64,000 nucleotides of DNA from Promineifilum sp. (GTDB lineage Bacteria; Chloroflexota; Anaerolineae; Promineifilales; Promineifilaceae): positions 13,879 through 77,878 of the forward strand of contig DAOMSB010000005.1 of the NCBI GenBank assembly GCA_035446145.1, in the 5' to 3' direction. Positions within the stretch are counted from its first letter, which is position 1, and the number at the start of each line of letters is the position of its first letter. Both the position numbers and the translations under genes were made by a program. Shown here one piece after another: positions 29,857 to 39,613 of this stretch. The notes under the pieces were generated by a model. That model was not told where the DNA came from. It worked only from the letters and a program-made list of their open reading frames with translations, and did not search any database.

Positions 29857-30028
29857 AATTCTTTCTCTTCTCCTTGTGAAACAGAAAGTAAAGGGTAAGC
29901 TACGGTCACTGATGGTTTAATAAAGCGATCCCGGAAATTAAAGGTCACAGGTTGAAGACCACACACTGCGGCGAACCGCGGACTCTTTATCTTCCCACCC
30001 TGGTGCCCGCACCTCTTCATGTATTGTG

Positions 30029-30085
30029 TCTCAACATGCAGGAAAAGACAATATTTTGTTGAGATCCATTTTCGATGTTGAGATC
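30029..30085. promoter_or_regulatory. Candidate regulator sites (TGTTGAGA x3) upstream of the bmp operon
   Basis: TCTCAACA (30029), TGTTGAGATC (30057), TGTTGAGATC (30076). Confidence 0.45.
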
Positions 30086-30193
30086 AAGCGTATCGGTTCG
30101 CTTTGTTGACCCTTTCGTAAAAATAAGTTCGTCGCGGGCGTTGTAGTTGGGGAGAAATACACATTATCGTTATACTATCGCTCGGAAATCTTT

Positions 30194-31645
30194 ATGGACC
30201 CGATGCGATTGCTCGATATCCTGGATGCTCATCTTTCCGAAGCGGAAATGAGCGCGCTGTGCCGCCAGTTTGGGGTGGCATTTGGCGCGTTTCCGGGCGG
30301 TGCAAAGCGAGACAAGATGCGGGAATTCCTCGGGTTTATCCAGCGACAGGGACGCATGGGTGGGCTGACCGAAGCAACGATTGCCTTGCGCCCCGATCTG
30401 ACAGAAGCCATTGCCGGGCTGTACGAGGGCAAAGAGCAGGAACTCTCCTGGCTCGATCAGGTTGCCGGTGGCATTGGACAATCGCTTGATTCGGGGCTGA
30501 CGTGGCGATGGACGACGTCTTCAACCGGCCGTCAGGTTGCCGTCGGTTCATCATCAGCTGCCGATGAGGAAACCACTCCTGACGTGGTCTTGGCGGTGGA
30601 AGATTCGTCGCCATCTCGTGACGTCGACAATCCTTATACACCCGGCGCGCGTGTGATCGACGAAGCTATGTTCTTTGGCCGCGAGGTAGAGACGGAGCAG
30701 GTCAGTCGTCTGCTTGAGGACAGCCGCCATGTCGCGATCATCGGCCATCGCGGCTTTGGGGCCTCCTCGCTTCTCTATCACGTTTCGCATGCGCTTGGCG
30801 ATCGAGACAAGACCCTCGTTGCCTATGTCGATATGAAGGACGCCGTCAACCACACTCCGGCAAGCCTTCTCAATGCGATCTGGCTGCAATGGTGGGAGCG
30901 CGTGCGGCCGGGCAACAGTGTGCCTGTGCGCAACCTGGCCGAATTCGTGACGGCTGTCCGCAAGCTGAACGCCGCCGGATTCCATCCCGTGTTGTTTGTG
31001 GATGAGCTTGAGCAGTTGGCATGGCGGTCGGCGAGCTTCGATGACGGCTTCTTTGCCGCCTGGCACGAGTTGGGGCGCGAGGGGTTGGTACAATTCGTAG
31101 TCGCTGCCCACTCCACCCCGGCCGACATCCTGGCTCAGGCGGATTTGAAATCCTCCTTTTATGAGCTTTTCCAATCGGTGAACCTGGGATTGCTGGATGA
31201 ATCGGCCGCTCTTTCTCTGTTGGCGATCCCCATCCGGCGCGCCGGGATGAGCGTACCCGATGGTGCGGCGGAGTACCTCTACCTCCATGCGGGGCCGCAC
31301 CCCTTCTTCCTGCATCTGGCCGGTCTCTATCTCTTCGATGCGATAGCCGGTGGAAATTATTCGCGTGGGGAGGTGGTTCGGCAATTTGAGATCGCCGCTG
31401 AGCCGTTCTGGCAAGAGTTGTGGGACTCTATCTCGCCTCTGGCCCAATCCCATTATCCCACTACCTTGATACGGGTGTCTGACGGCATGGGCGGCCGGCA
31501 AATGCGCATACTGGCCAATCGTGGTTTGGTGGTGGTGGAAGAGGGCGGGTTCCGACCATTTAGCGATGGATTCGCGCGTTGGTTGGCGCGCATGCAGGCC
31601 GCTATCGAAGCGGCCGCGGTGGTGGCCGACGCCATACCGCTCTGA
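30194..31645 (+). CDS. Effector-associated-domain-like N-terminus plus STAND-like P-loop domain with degenerate Walker A
   Basis: N-terminal helical ..EMSALCRQFGV.F..FPG..K.DKMRE......RQGR...L......RPD; NPYTPG..FFGRE; GHRGFGASS; LFVDELE; AGPHPFFL. Confidence 0.65.
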   Translation: MDPMRLLDILDAHLSEAEMSALCRQFGVAFGAFPGGAKRDKMREFLGFIQRQGRMGGLTEATIALRPDLTEAIAGLYEGKEQELSWLDQVAGGIGQSLDSGLTWRWTTSSTGRQVAVGSSSAADEETTPDVVLAVEDSSPSRDVDNPYTPGARVIDEAMFFGREVETEQVSRLLEDSRHVAIIGHRGFGASSLLYHVSHALGDRDKTLVAYVDMKDAVNHTPASLLNAIWLQWWERVRPGNSVPVRNLAEFVTAVRKLNAAGFHPVLFVDELEQLAWRSASFDDGFFAAWHELGREGLVQFVVAAHSTPADILAQADLKSSFYELFQSVNLGLLDESAALSLLAIPIRRAGMSVPDGAAEYLYLHAGPHPFFLHLAGLYLFDAIAGGNYSRGEVVRQFEIAAEPFWQELWDSISPLAQSHYPTTLIRVSDGMGGRQMRILANRGLVVVEEGGFRPFSDGFARWLARMQAAIEAAAVVADAIPL

Positions 31646-31747
31646 TCAGATCCACTAAGGCGACGGTTTGTACTGATTACCCCAATTGAGCGAGTTGGGT
31701 TTGAACAGTGATGGAATAGATTCATTCATGCAGCAGGACGGCGATCA

Positions 31748-32647
31748 ATGAAACGAGCAGTCAGCATCAGTCTGGGATCTTCCAAACGGAATTCATCGGT
31801 CGAGATTGAATTATTGGGCGAGCGTGTATCGATCGAGCGCATCGGCACGGATGGTGATATGACGCGCGCGGCCGAGATGTTTGGGGAATTGGACGGCAAG
31901 GTTGACGCCTTCGGCGTTGGCGGCACGGACTTGGGACTGACTATCGACGACAGACACTATCGTATGCACTCTGTTATGTCGCTGGTGCGTTATGTCAAAC
32001 AAACACCGATAGTCGACGGTTCGGGCCTTAAGAACACGCTGGAACGCGGCGTCGTACCCTATATGGAGGCACAGATTGGGCCGCCACAACCTCGGCGGGT
32101 TCTGATGACCAGTGGCGCGGATCGGTGGGGCATGTCGATGTCGTTCCTGGAGAATGGCTACGAAGGCGTGTTCGGCGATCTGATGTTCGCCCTGAGCCTG
32201 CCCATCCCCTTGCGTTCGGAGGCGGCCATCAAGCGCGCGGCGACGCTCCTCTTTCCCATCGTCACCCGCTTGCCCTTCGAATGGATCTATCCGACGGGCG
32301 AAAAGCAGGAGGTTAATACGCCGAAATTTGGCGAATGGTACGAATGGGCTTCGGTCATCGCCGGTGATTGTCATTTCATCAAGCGCTTCATGCCGGCGCG
32401 GCTCGACGGGAAGATCATTTGCACCAATACGACCACGCCTGAGGATGTGGCCATCTTCCGTAACGCAGGCGCAAGTTATTTGGTCACGACGACTCCACGT
32501 CTCGAGGGACGATCATTTGGCACGAACATGATGGAAGCGACGCTCGTCGCCGTGAGTGGCGAGGGGCGCAAGTTGACCGATGCGGAATTATACGAGTGGA
32601 TCAAGCGCCTTGATTTTCATCCCAACATCCAAAGACTGAACGGTTAG
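31748..32647 (+). CDS. Conserved protein of uncertain function (family often labelled 'quinate 5-dehydrogenase')
   Basis: MKRAVSISLGSSKRN, ERIGTDGD, VDGSGLKNTLE, GRSFGTNMMEA. Confidence 0.6.
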   Translation: MKRAVSISLGSSKRNSSVEIELLGERVSIERIGTDGDMTRAAEMFGELDGKVDAFGVGGTDLGLTIDDRHYRMHSVMSLVRYVKQTPIVDGSGLKNTLERGVVPYMEAQIGPPQPRRVLMTSGADRWGMSMSFLENGYEGVFGDLMFALSLPIPLRSEAAIKRAATLLFPIVTRLPFEWIYPTGEKQEVNTPKFGEWYEWASVIAGDCHFIKRFMPARLDGKIICTNTTTPEDVAIFRNAGASYLVTTTPRLEGRSFGTNMMEATLVAVSGEGRKLTDAELYEWIKRLDFHPNIQRLNG

Positions 32648-32744
32648 GACCTCACGATAAATCATGCCATAGTCCAAATCCTCACAGGATTGCCCGTTTG
32701 TGTCTAGCCCCCTGCCTCGCTCTGTATCCCCTCTTGATTAAAAC

Positions 32745-33650
32745 TCAACCACTCGCTGCAGACGGTTTTGCCATGCCGCGGCGACGCAGGATGCTTTCAG
32801 ACGTATACAGGATCAGCGCCAGCCAGATCAATCCAAAGCCGATGACGCGTGACATGCCGAACTCCTCGTTATAAATGAGCACGCCGATCAGGAATTGCAG
32901 AGTCGGCGCGATGTATTGCAGCAGTCCGAGGGTGGTCATAGTGATCTGCCGCGCGCCGGAGGCGAAGAGGATCAGCGGGACGCTGGTGACAACCCCTGCG
33001 CCCATGAGGAGCAATGTAGTCGTCAGGCCGGCGTGGGCGAAGGCTCCCACGCCGCCGCGCTCCTGCAGCAGGAGGAAGCCGAACGCCGGCAGGAAGAGGA
33101 CGGCCGTCTCCAGAAATAACCCTTCGGCCGAGTTCAGCGCGGCCGTCTTGCGAAGGAGACCGTAGGTGCCGAAGGTGAAGGCCAGCGTCAGGGCGATCCA
33201 CGGGAAGGCTCCATAACTAACGGTCAGATAGAGCACGCCGCCGAGAGCGACGCTTAGAGCCAGCCATTGGACGGGTCGCAAGCGTTCCTTCAGGAAGATA
33301 TAGCCTAGCAGCACATTGACCAGGGGGTTGATGAAGTAGCCGAGGCTTGTTTCGACGATGAATCCTGCATTGACGCCCCAGATGTAGACGAACCAGTTGA
33401 TGCCCAACAAGATGCCGGACAGGACGAAGGTCATCAGAACTCGCGGCCGGGCGATCGCCGGGCGCAACCAGTCCCAGTTGCGGCGCAAGGTGAGGATAAG
33501 ACCGACGAACAGGAGCGACCAGACGATGCGATGGGACAGGATTTGGCTGGCGGGCACATTATGAAGCGACTTCCAGTAGATGGGCAGCAATCCCCAGGCA
33601 ACGTATGACGCGGCAGCGTAGATGACACCTTTATTCATGAGCTGGTCCAT
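32745..33650 (-). CDS. rarD: EamA family transporter RarD
   Basis: WGLLPIYWK, ETSLGYFINPLVNV, GLLQYIAPTLQF; start uncertain. Confidence 0.9.
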   Translation of the reverse strand: MDQLMNKGVIYAAASYVAWGLLPIYWKSLHNVPASQILSHRIVWSLLFVGLILTLRRNWDWLRPAIARPRVLMTFVLSGILLGINWFVYIWGVNAGFIVETSLGYFINPLVNVLLGYIFLKERLRPVQWLALSVALGGVLYLTVSYGAFPWIALTLAFTFGTYGLLRKTAALNSAEGLFLETAVLFLPAFGFLLLQERGGVGAFAHAGLTTTLLLMGAGVVTSVPLILFASGARQITMTTLGLLQYIAPTLQFLIGVLIYNEEFGMSRVIGFGLIWLALILYTSESILRRRGMAKPSAASG

Positions 33651-33660
33651 TGAACGCAAA

Positions 33661-33703
33661 GACGCCGGGCCATAAAGAACTCTTCTTCTTTGCGGCCCGG
33701 CGT
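33661..33703 (-). terminator. Hairpin between guaB and rarD
   Basis: GACGCCGGGCC/GGCCCGGCGTC stem with short T-tail on the minus strand. Confidence 0.5.
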
Positions 33704-33721
33704 CCTTGCATTGGTAGATGC

Positions 33722-34882
33722 TTAACGACGCGCCTGATAATTTGGCGCTTCCTTGGTGATGAGAATCCCGTGCGGATGGCTTTCCAGTAGACCGGCGTTG
33801 GTGATGCGTGTGAATTGCGCTTTCTCGCGCAGCTCGGTCAGGTCGGCCGCGCCGACGTAACCCATCCCGGAGCGCAAGCCGCCCATCATCTGGTAGATCA
33901 CGTCTCGAAGCTGGCCCTTATAGGGTACCTGTCCTTCGACGCCCTCGGGCACGAGCTTGTCGCGGATTTGGCCCCCGGCGGGTGAAGGCGTCCCGCTGCC
34001 GTAGCGATCGGCTCCGTGCCCCTGCATGGCGCCCATGCTGCCCATGCCGCGATAGACCTTGTAGCGCCGCCCTTCGTAGAGAATGATCTCGCCCGGGCTT
34101 TCTTCCAGCCCGGCCAGCAGAGAGCCAAGCATGACCACATCGGCCCCGGCGGCCAGCGCCTTCACGATATCGCCGCTGTATTTGATGCCGCCGTCGGCGA
34201 TCAGGGGAATGTTACGCGCCTGACAGACCACCGCGCAGGCGCTGATGGCTGAAATCTGGGGCACGCCGCTTCCGGCGACGATACGGGTGGTGCAGATAGA
34301 TCCGGCGCCGACGCCGACTTTGATGGCCCCGGCTCCGGCATCAATGAGTGCGTTTGCGCCTTCGCCGCCGACGACGTTGCCGGCGATGATGGGCAGGCGT
34401 GGATGACGTTGTTTCGCTTGGCGGATGGTGTCGATGACTAGTCGCGTGTGGCCATGGGCGGTATCGATGGCCACGGTATCGACTCCCGCCTCGACCAGCA
34501 GATCGAGTCGGGAGAGGGCTTTCTCGCCGACACCAATGGCAGCAGCACATATCAAGCGGCCGCGCTCGTCGGTCACGCCGGCCGGATAGTCAATTATGCC
34601 CGATTCGGAGCACTTGACCTTGTTGACCTCTTCGGCTTGTTCCTCGGCCGTCAGGTTGCGGTGGATGACCCCGATTCCGCCCAGCCGAGCCAGACCGATG
34701 GCCATCTGGGCCTCGGTGACGGTGTCCATCGCCGCCGAAATGACCGGCACATTCAGATGGATGCCGTCGATCAGCCGCGTGCGCAGGTCGACCTGGGCCG
34801 GAAGCACCTGCGAGTAGCCGGGCACGAGCAGCACATCGTCGAACGTCAGCGCGAGTTCGCCGAATTCAGATGCGAATCTCAT
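33722..34882 (-). CDS. guaB: IMP dehydrogenase lacking CBS domains
   Basis: [51 protein letters not shown]. Confidence 0.93.
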   Translation of the reverse strand: MRFASEFGELALTFDDVLLVPGYSQVLPAQVDLRTRLIDGIHLNVPVISAAMDTVTEAQMAIGLARLGGIGVIHRNLTAEEQAEEVNKVKCSESGIIDYPAGVTDERGRLICAAAIGVGEKALSRLDLLVEAGVDTVAIDTAHGHTRLVIDTIRQAKQRHPRLPIIAGNVVGGEGANALIDAGAGAIKVGVGAGSICTTRIVAGSGVPQISAISACAVVCQARNIPLIADGGIKYSGDIVKALAAGADVVMLGSLLAGLEESPGEIILYEGRRYKVYRGMGSMGAMQGHGADRYGSGTPSPAGGQIRDKLVPEGVEGQVPYKGQLRDVIYQMMGGLRSGMGYVGAADLTELREKAQFTRITNAGLLESHPHGILITKEAPNYQARR

Positions 34883-34920
34883 ACTCACCCTCTTCCGGCA
34901 TGGTGACTGCCGGTTATCCC

Positions 34921-35808
34921 TTAGCTTTCGCGGCGCGGTTTGGGTTTAACGACGCGCTGGCGGCGACGGCTGAAGATCTGCGGCATACGATTATTGCGCG
35001 ACAGAACGATGTACAGGCCTGTCAATGCCAGGCCCAGAGCCAACAGGAATGAATAGGTGATCGGCGAATTACCGATCGTCGCCTGGTCGGGCCGGAAAAA
35101 CTCCAGGAACGCCCGACCCGCGCCCCACCACATGAGGAACAGGCCGAACAGAGTTCCGATCTTCCACTTGTCGCGGAACTTGTTGTTGAGGACGATCAAT
35201 ACCACGAAGCCCAGTATGAGCCAGATCGACTCATAGAGAAACGTCGGGTGGAAGCGCGTCTCCGGCGGGAACTGGGTCATATCGGCGTATTTGGCCAAAC
35301 GATAGGGGGCATCGATGAGGATACCCCACGGCAACGTCGTCGGCGGACCATAAAGTTCCTGGTTGATGAAGTTGCCCCAACGGCCAATGCCCTGAGCCAC
35401 GAGCAATGCCGGTCCGGCGACGTCGGCATATTGCCAGAAGTTCAGTCGCCGCCAACGAATGTAGAGCCAGCCGACGATGGCCGCGCCGATGAACCCGCCC
35501 AGGATGTTGATGCCCCCGGAGCGGATGTTGATCACGTCCCAAAAGCTTTTGAACTGGTCGCCACGGCCGCCAAACATCTCCAGCAAGACGTAGGTCAGGC
35601 GGGCGAAGACGTAGCCGCTGAAAATGACCAGGATCAGGGCATTGAAAAACTCATCGACATTCTGGTTGCGCCGGGCAATTTCTCGCGCCGCCCAAAAAAC
35701 GCCGACGGCGATGCCCACCGTCACAATGATACCGTACCAATAGATGGGAAATCCGCCGCCGATGGGGATTGTGAAGGCGATCGGATCGATGTTGATTCCG
35801 TCCAGCAT
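34921..35808 (-). CDS. lgt: Prolipoprotein diacylglyceryl transferase
   Basis: [34 protein letters not shown]. Confidence 0.95.
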   Translation of the reverse strand: MLDGINIDPIAFTIPIGGGFPIYWYGIIVTVGIAVGVFWAAREIARRNQNVDEFFNALILVIFSGYVFARLTYVLLEMFGGRGDQFKSFWDVINIRSGGINILGGFIGAAIVGWLYIRWRRLNFWQYADVAGPALLVAQGIGRWGNFINQELYGPPTTLPWGILIDAPYRLAKYADMTQFPPETRFHPTFLYESIWLILGFVVLIVLNNKFRDKWKIGTLFGLFLMWWGAGRAFLEFFRPDQATIGNSPITYSFLLALGLALTGLYIVLSRNNRMPQIFSRRRQRVVKPKPRRES

Positions 35809-35878
35809 AGTTCACCCGTTACAATAAAGATAATGTTTCGACCGGATCCGGTGCGGGGACCGGCCGGATTCCGCCTAA

Positions 35879-37483
35879 TTATTCCAGATAGCCCAAGCCG
35901 CGCAACCGCTGGCGGAGCAGCTCGTCGCCGTCGATGTCGATTGTCGCGCCGGCAGGCTGCGCGCTGCGGTCCCGTGTGGCACGCTGAACCATTTGCTCGA
36001 TGGTCAGTTCGAGGCCCGCCACCAGCGACGGCTCGCCGGCAAACCGATTATCCAGTTCCAACGGATCGGCGGTCAGGTTATATAGCTCCTCGGCTATATC
36101 GTCGGTTTCGATCATTTTGAACGGCACGCCATCGTCCTCACGCGAGGAGCGCACGACTGCGCGACGTGTGGACAGGCAGCGGAACCGGGAGAGAAGTTCC
36201 GGCTGCCGCGCCTCAATCGCTTTCACGAAGTTCATAGGCGGGATGATCTCACTGAAAGCCGTTTGTTGTTCGGGGTCCCGGCCGGCCAGAGTGTGCCGCA
36301 GACTGAGCCGGCGGACGTTCGGCGCATCGTCCTCGAGCGCGGCATCGAGCGCTTCGTTCCGGCCGGCGGCCGCGGCATCGACGATCGTGTGGAACACGCG
36401 GCGCGTGCTGACCGGCGTATCGACGCGAGTGTTTGGCTCTATCCGGCCGGGCCAATGAACGATGAGCGGCACATGGACCAGCTCTTCATAAGCCACGAAG
36501 GCGTGACCGAAGAAATCATGATCGCCCAGGCCGTCGCCGTGATCGGCCACGATGATGGTCAATGTATCGTTGGAGCGCTCGCGCCGGGCCAGCGCATCGA
36601 ACAGGTTTTGCAGGTAATGGTCCTGATAGGCGACCTCAGCGTCGTACATATCGTTGAGCACTTTTTCTTCCATCTCGCTGAGTGGTTCGGCGAGGGGAGC
36701 TGCCCAGCGATAGGCTTCCCGATTCCAGGCGCGCATGACCGTACGGGCTTCCTTGCTGTGCCGGAAATAGGGCGCGATGCGATCGACGAACTCACCCGGC
36801 GCCCAGAACGGGAGATGCGTCTCCATCAGGTTCATGAACAGGAACAGCGGCTCGTCGGGTTTCTGTTCCTCGCGCCGATCCAGAAAATGGACGACGTCCT
36901 GCACAGACCGCTCATTCTGACCCTTGAAATTGGCTATCTTCGACCACAAAGGGGTCAGCCAGGCATGGAGCGATATGCTAAACGCCAAATCGGAACGGCC
37001 GATATAGTTCTGGATAGGATAGGAGATCCGACGCAGGAACTGGGTGTACGCTTCGGCGATCAGACTGACCGGCCAGGGCCAGGGGTTCGATGAATCCGGG
37101 ACACTGGGAAACGCGCCCCCATAGTTATAGAACGTCTGGAAGCCACGCTTGAAGCCGTTATTCAGGACGCCGACGAGCGGATTATTGCAAAAACCAATCG
37201 TCTCGTAGCCGAGACGGCGAATTACCTCGGCTAAATGAGGACGCCCTGGGCTGAGGCTCTGGGAAGATTGAGTGACGCCGTGGGATGTGGGATACAGACC
37301 GGTGAAGAGTGAGGCGTGGCTGGGGATGGTCCATTGGGCGGGCGAAACGGCCTGTTCAAAGAGCGCCCCCTCGGCAGCGAAGCGATCGATATTGGGGCTG
37401 GTCGGCCGATGATGCCCATAGGCACCGAGGCGATCGGCCCGTTGGGTGTCCAAAACGATAAAAATAATGTCCGGCGAATTCAT
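35879..37483 (-). CDS. Sulfatase-like hydrolase
   Basis: VLDTQRAD, SPAQWTIPSHASLFTG, ADHGD, HVPLIV, ELYNL..DP.E, LRGLGYL. Confidence 0.85.
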   Translation of the reverse strand: MNSPDIIFIVLDTQRADRLGAYGHHRPTSPNIDRFAAEGALFEQAVSPAQWTIPSHASLFTGLYPTSHGVTQSSQSLSPGRPHLAEVIRRLGYETIGFCNNPLVGVLNNGFKRGFQTFYNYGGAFPSVPDSSNPWPWPVSLIAEAYTQFLRRISYPIQNYIGRSDLAFSISLHAWLTPLWSKIANFKGQNERSVQDVVHFLDRREEQKPDEPLFLFMNLMETHLPFWAPGEFVDRIAPYFRHSKEARTVMRAWNREAYRWAAPLAEPLSEMEEKVLNDMYDAEVAYQDHYLQNLFDALARRERSNDTLTIIVADHGDGLGDHDFFGHAFVAYEELVHVPLIVHWPGRIEPNTRVDTPVSTRRVFHTIVDAAAAGRNEALDAALEDDAPNVRRLSLRHTLAGRDPEQQTAFSEIIPPMNFVKAIEARQPELLSRFRCLSTRRAVVRSSREDDGVPFKMIETDDIAEELYNLTADPLELDNRFAGEPSLVAGLELTIEQMVQRATRDRSAQPAGATIDIDGDELLRQRLRGLGYLE

Positions 37484-37622
37484 TGATCTACCTGATACGC
37501 TGCTCTCTCAACGATGAGTGCGCCGCAATTCTGACGCAAATATGATTGGAAAGCATAGCATGTGAGATAGGGTGTCGCAAACCCTCTCAAGCCTCTCTTT
37601 ATTTGGATGAGGATAGCGACGT

Positions 37623-37651
37623 TTGCCAATCGGCCTGTTTGGCTTTATCTT
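37623..37651 (+). promoter_or_regulatory. Promoter of an apparently leaderless recF
   Basis: TTGCCA-17 nt-TATCTT, then 7 nt to ATG 37659; no SD sequence. Confidence 0.6.
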
Positions 37652-37658
37652 TCCTTCC

Positions 37659-38909
37659 ATGCAAGTGCGCCGACTTTCGCTGACGAACTTTCGCAACTAT
37701 TCTCGCCTAGAGCTGGATCTGCCGGGCGGGATCATTCTGCTGCATGGCGACAATGCCCAGGGCAAGACGAATTTGCTGGAAGCGATTTATTTTCTGGCAA
37801 CGACGCGTTCGCCCCACGCCAGCCAGGATCAGCAGCTAATCAATTGGGATGCTCTGGAGACGGACGAGCCGGTCGTTGTCGGCCGCCTGGTCGCCGACGT
37901 GGAGAGACCCGACGCGCCGGCTCATCTGGAGATGCGCCTGATCATGGAGGAGCACGGCAGCCTGATGGGCAACGGGGCGAGTGGTTTTCGGCGCGAGGCG
38001 TTGATCAACCGCCGCAAGGTGCGGTTGATGGATCTGTTAGGTCAATTGCGCGTGGTTTTGTTTTTGCCTGAGGATGTGGAATTGGCGACCGGCGCGCCGG
38101 CCAACCGGCGACGCTACATGAACGTCACGCTCTGTCAGGTTGATTCCAACTATTGCCGCGATTTGTCGGCCTACAACAAGGTGCTGGAGCAACGCAACGC
38201 GCTTCTGCGCCGGATGGCTGAAGGGCAAATGCGCCATGCGGCCGATGTGCTGCAAGTCCTGACCGAGAAATTGATCGAACCCGGCAGCCGGGTTTTGCGC
38301 CGGCGAGGGCGTTTCATTCGCGATATGGCCCAGCAGGCGCAGGAGATCTATTTCCAGGACCTGATCGGCGGCAAGGAATCCCTGCGGCTGGGGTATATGC
38401 CCGGCTGGTATGCCAATGGGCGGAAGACGGCCGACGAGCAACTTGCCGACGGCGAATGGCTTCAGGCGAATGAAGACCTCGGCGCAGTCCAGGCGCGATT
38501 CGCGGCCGAACTGGAGGTCGCTCGCGCTGTCGATCTGGCGCGAGGTTCTTCGTCGGTCGGGCCACACCGGGATGATTGGGCGATTCTGGTGAATGGCAAG
38601 AACCTGGGGCAGTTTGGCTCGCGGGGTCAGGTGCGCACGGCTATTCTGGCCCTCAAGCTGGCCGAGATCAACTGGATGAAGGCGGAAACGGCCGATGTGC
38701 CCATTCTGTTACTCGACGAGGTGATCGCTGAACTCGACCTGCACCGTCGGGCAGCGCTCCTGGCCTATGTAGCTGACCAGGTGCGCGGGAAAGGGATGGC
38801 TCAGGCGTTATTGACGGCGACGGATCCGGGCATGTTCCCTGAGGAGTTTCTGGGGCAGGTGGCGAGGCTTCTGGTGCGCGATGGACGTGCTTCGCTTGAA
38901 CAGGTTTAG
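37659..38909 (+). CDS. recF: DNA replication/repair protein RecF
   Basis: NFRNY, GDNAQGKTNLLEAI, GPHRDD, SRGQ, LLLDEV.AELD. Confidence 0.96.
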   Translation: MQVRRLSLTNFRNYSRLELDLPGGIILLHGDNAQGKTNLLEAIYFLATTRSPHASQDQQLINWDALETDEPVVVGRLVADVERPDAPAHLEMRLIMEEHGSLMGNGASGFRREALINRRKVRLMDLLGQLRVVLFLPEDVELATGAPANRRRYMNVTLCQVDSNYCRDLSAYNKVLEQRNALLRRMAEGQMRHAADVLQVLTEKLIEPGSRVLRRRGRFIRDMAQQAQEIYFQDLIGGKESLRLGYMPGWYANGRKTADEQLADGEWLQANEDLGAVQARFAAELEVARAVDLARGSSSVGPHRDDWAILVNGKNLGQFGSRGQVRTAILALKLAEINWMKAETADVPILLLDEVIAELDLHRRAALLAYVADQVRGKGMAQALLTATDPGMFPEEFLGQVARLLVRDGRASLEQV

Positions 38910-39613
38910 AGAGGACGCTTGGCAGGGACACCGGTTCGACGAGGATAGCCGGAGGGTGTCGACCGCTGCTTGGCTATGGTGACAAGGTAGTGGGTCTTGT
39001 CCGTTTCGGGCAGGTGCACGGCCGACAGGCTTGGCGCGCCTCCGCCCAGGATGGAGATAGCAGTTTCGGCCGCGGCCAGTTCGCCCGGCGCGCTCTCCCC
39101 TTTCTGGGCCAGTGCATGGCCGCCCACACGCACCAGAGGCAGCAGTAACTCGACCAATACTCGCAGATCGGCCACCGCGCGCGCCGTGGCCCAATCGAAT
39201 GATTCCCGGAAGCGCGCATCCTGGCCCAGGTTCTCGGCACGATCGGCGATCACGGATACGTCGCCCAGGCCCAGTTCATTGACGACCAGCTCCAAAAAGC
39301 GAGCCTTTTTAGTCACGCTGTCGATCAGCGTCAGGCGCAGGCCGGGGAAGGCGATCTTGAGCGGCAACCCGGGAAAGCCCGCGCCGGTGCCGATATCGAT
39401 CAGCGAACACTCGTCCAACGGTCCGGTCGCGGTGACGCAGGAGAGCGAATCGAGGAAGTGGCGAATTCGCATCTCGCGCGGGTCGCGGATAGCGGTCAAG
39501 GAGATGCGCTCGTTCCATTCCAGGAGCAGAGTCTCATAGAGCGCGAACTGCTCAGATTGACGGGGAGTCAATGTGACTCCAAAGGTTGTGGCCCAGGCGC
39601 TTAATTCGTCCAT
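38906..39613 (-). CDS. rsmG: 16S rRNA m7G527 methyltransferase
   Basis: HFLDSL, DIGTGAGFPGLPL, ARAVA, YPRRTGVPAKRPL. Confidence 0.95.
   Translation of the reverse strand: MDELSAWATTFGVTLTPRQSEQFALYETLLLEWNERISLTAIRDPREMRIRHFLDSLSCVTATGPLDECSLIDIGTGAGFPGLPLKIAFPGLRLTLIDSVTKKARFLELVVNELGLGDVSVIADRAENLGQDARFRESFDWATARAVADLRVLVELLLPLVRVGGHALAQKGESAPGELAAAETAISILGGGAPSLSAVHLPETDKTHYLVTIAKQRSTPSGYPRRTGVPAKRPL

Noticed and set aside
29860-30190. Purine riboswitch upstream of the nucleoside ABC operon
   Set aside because: Conserved core sequences not recognisable on the minus strand; a covariance search would be needed to exclude it fully
37484-37658. oriC in the intergenic region upstream of recF
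   Set aside because: No DnaA boxes visible there
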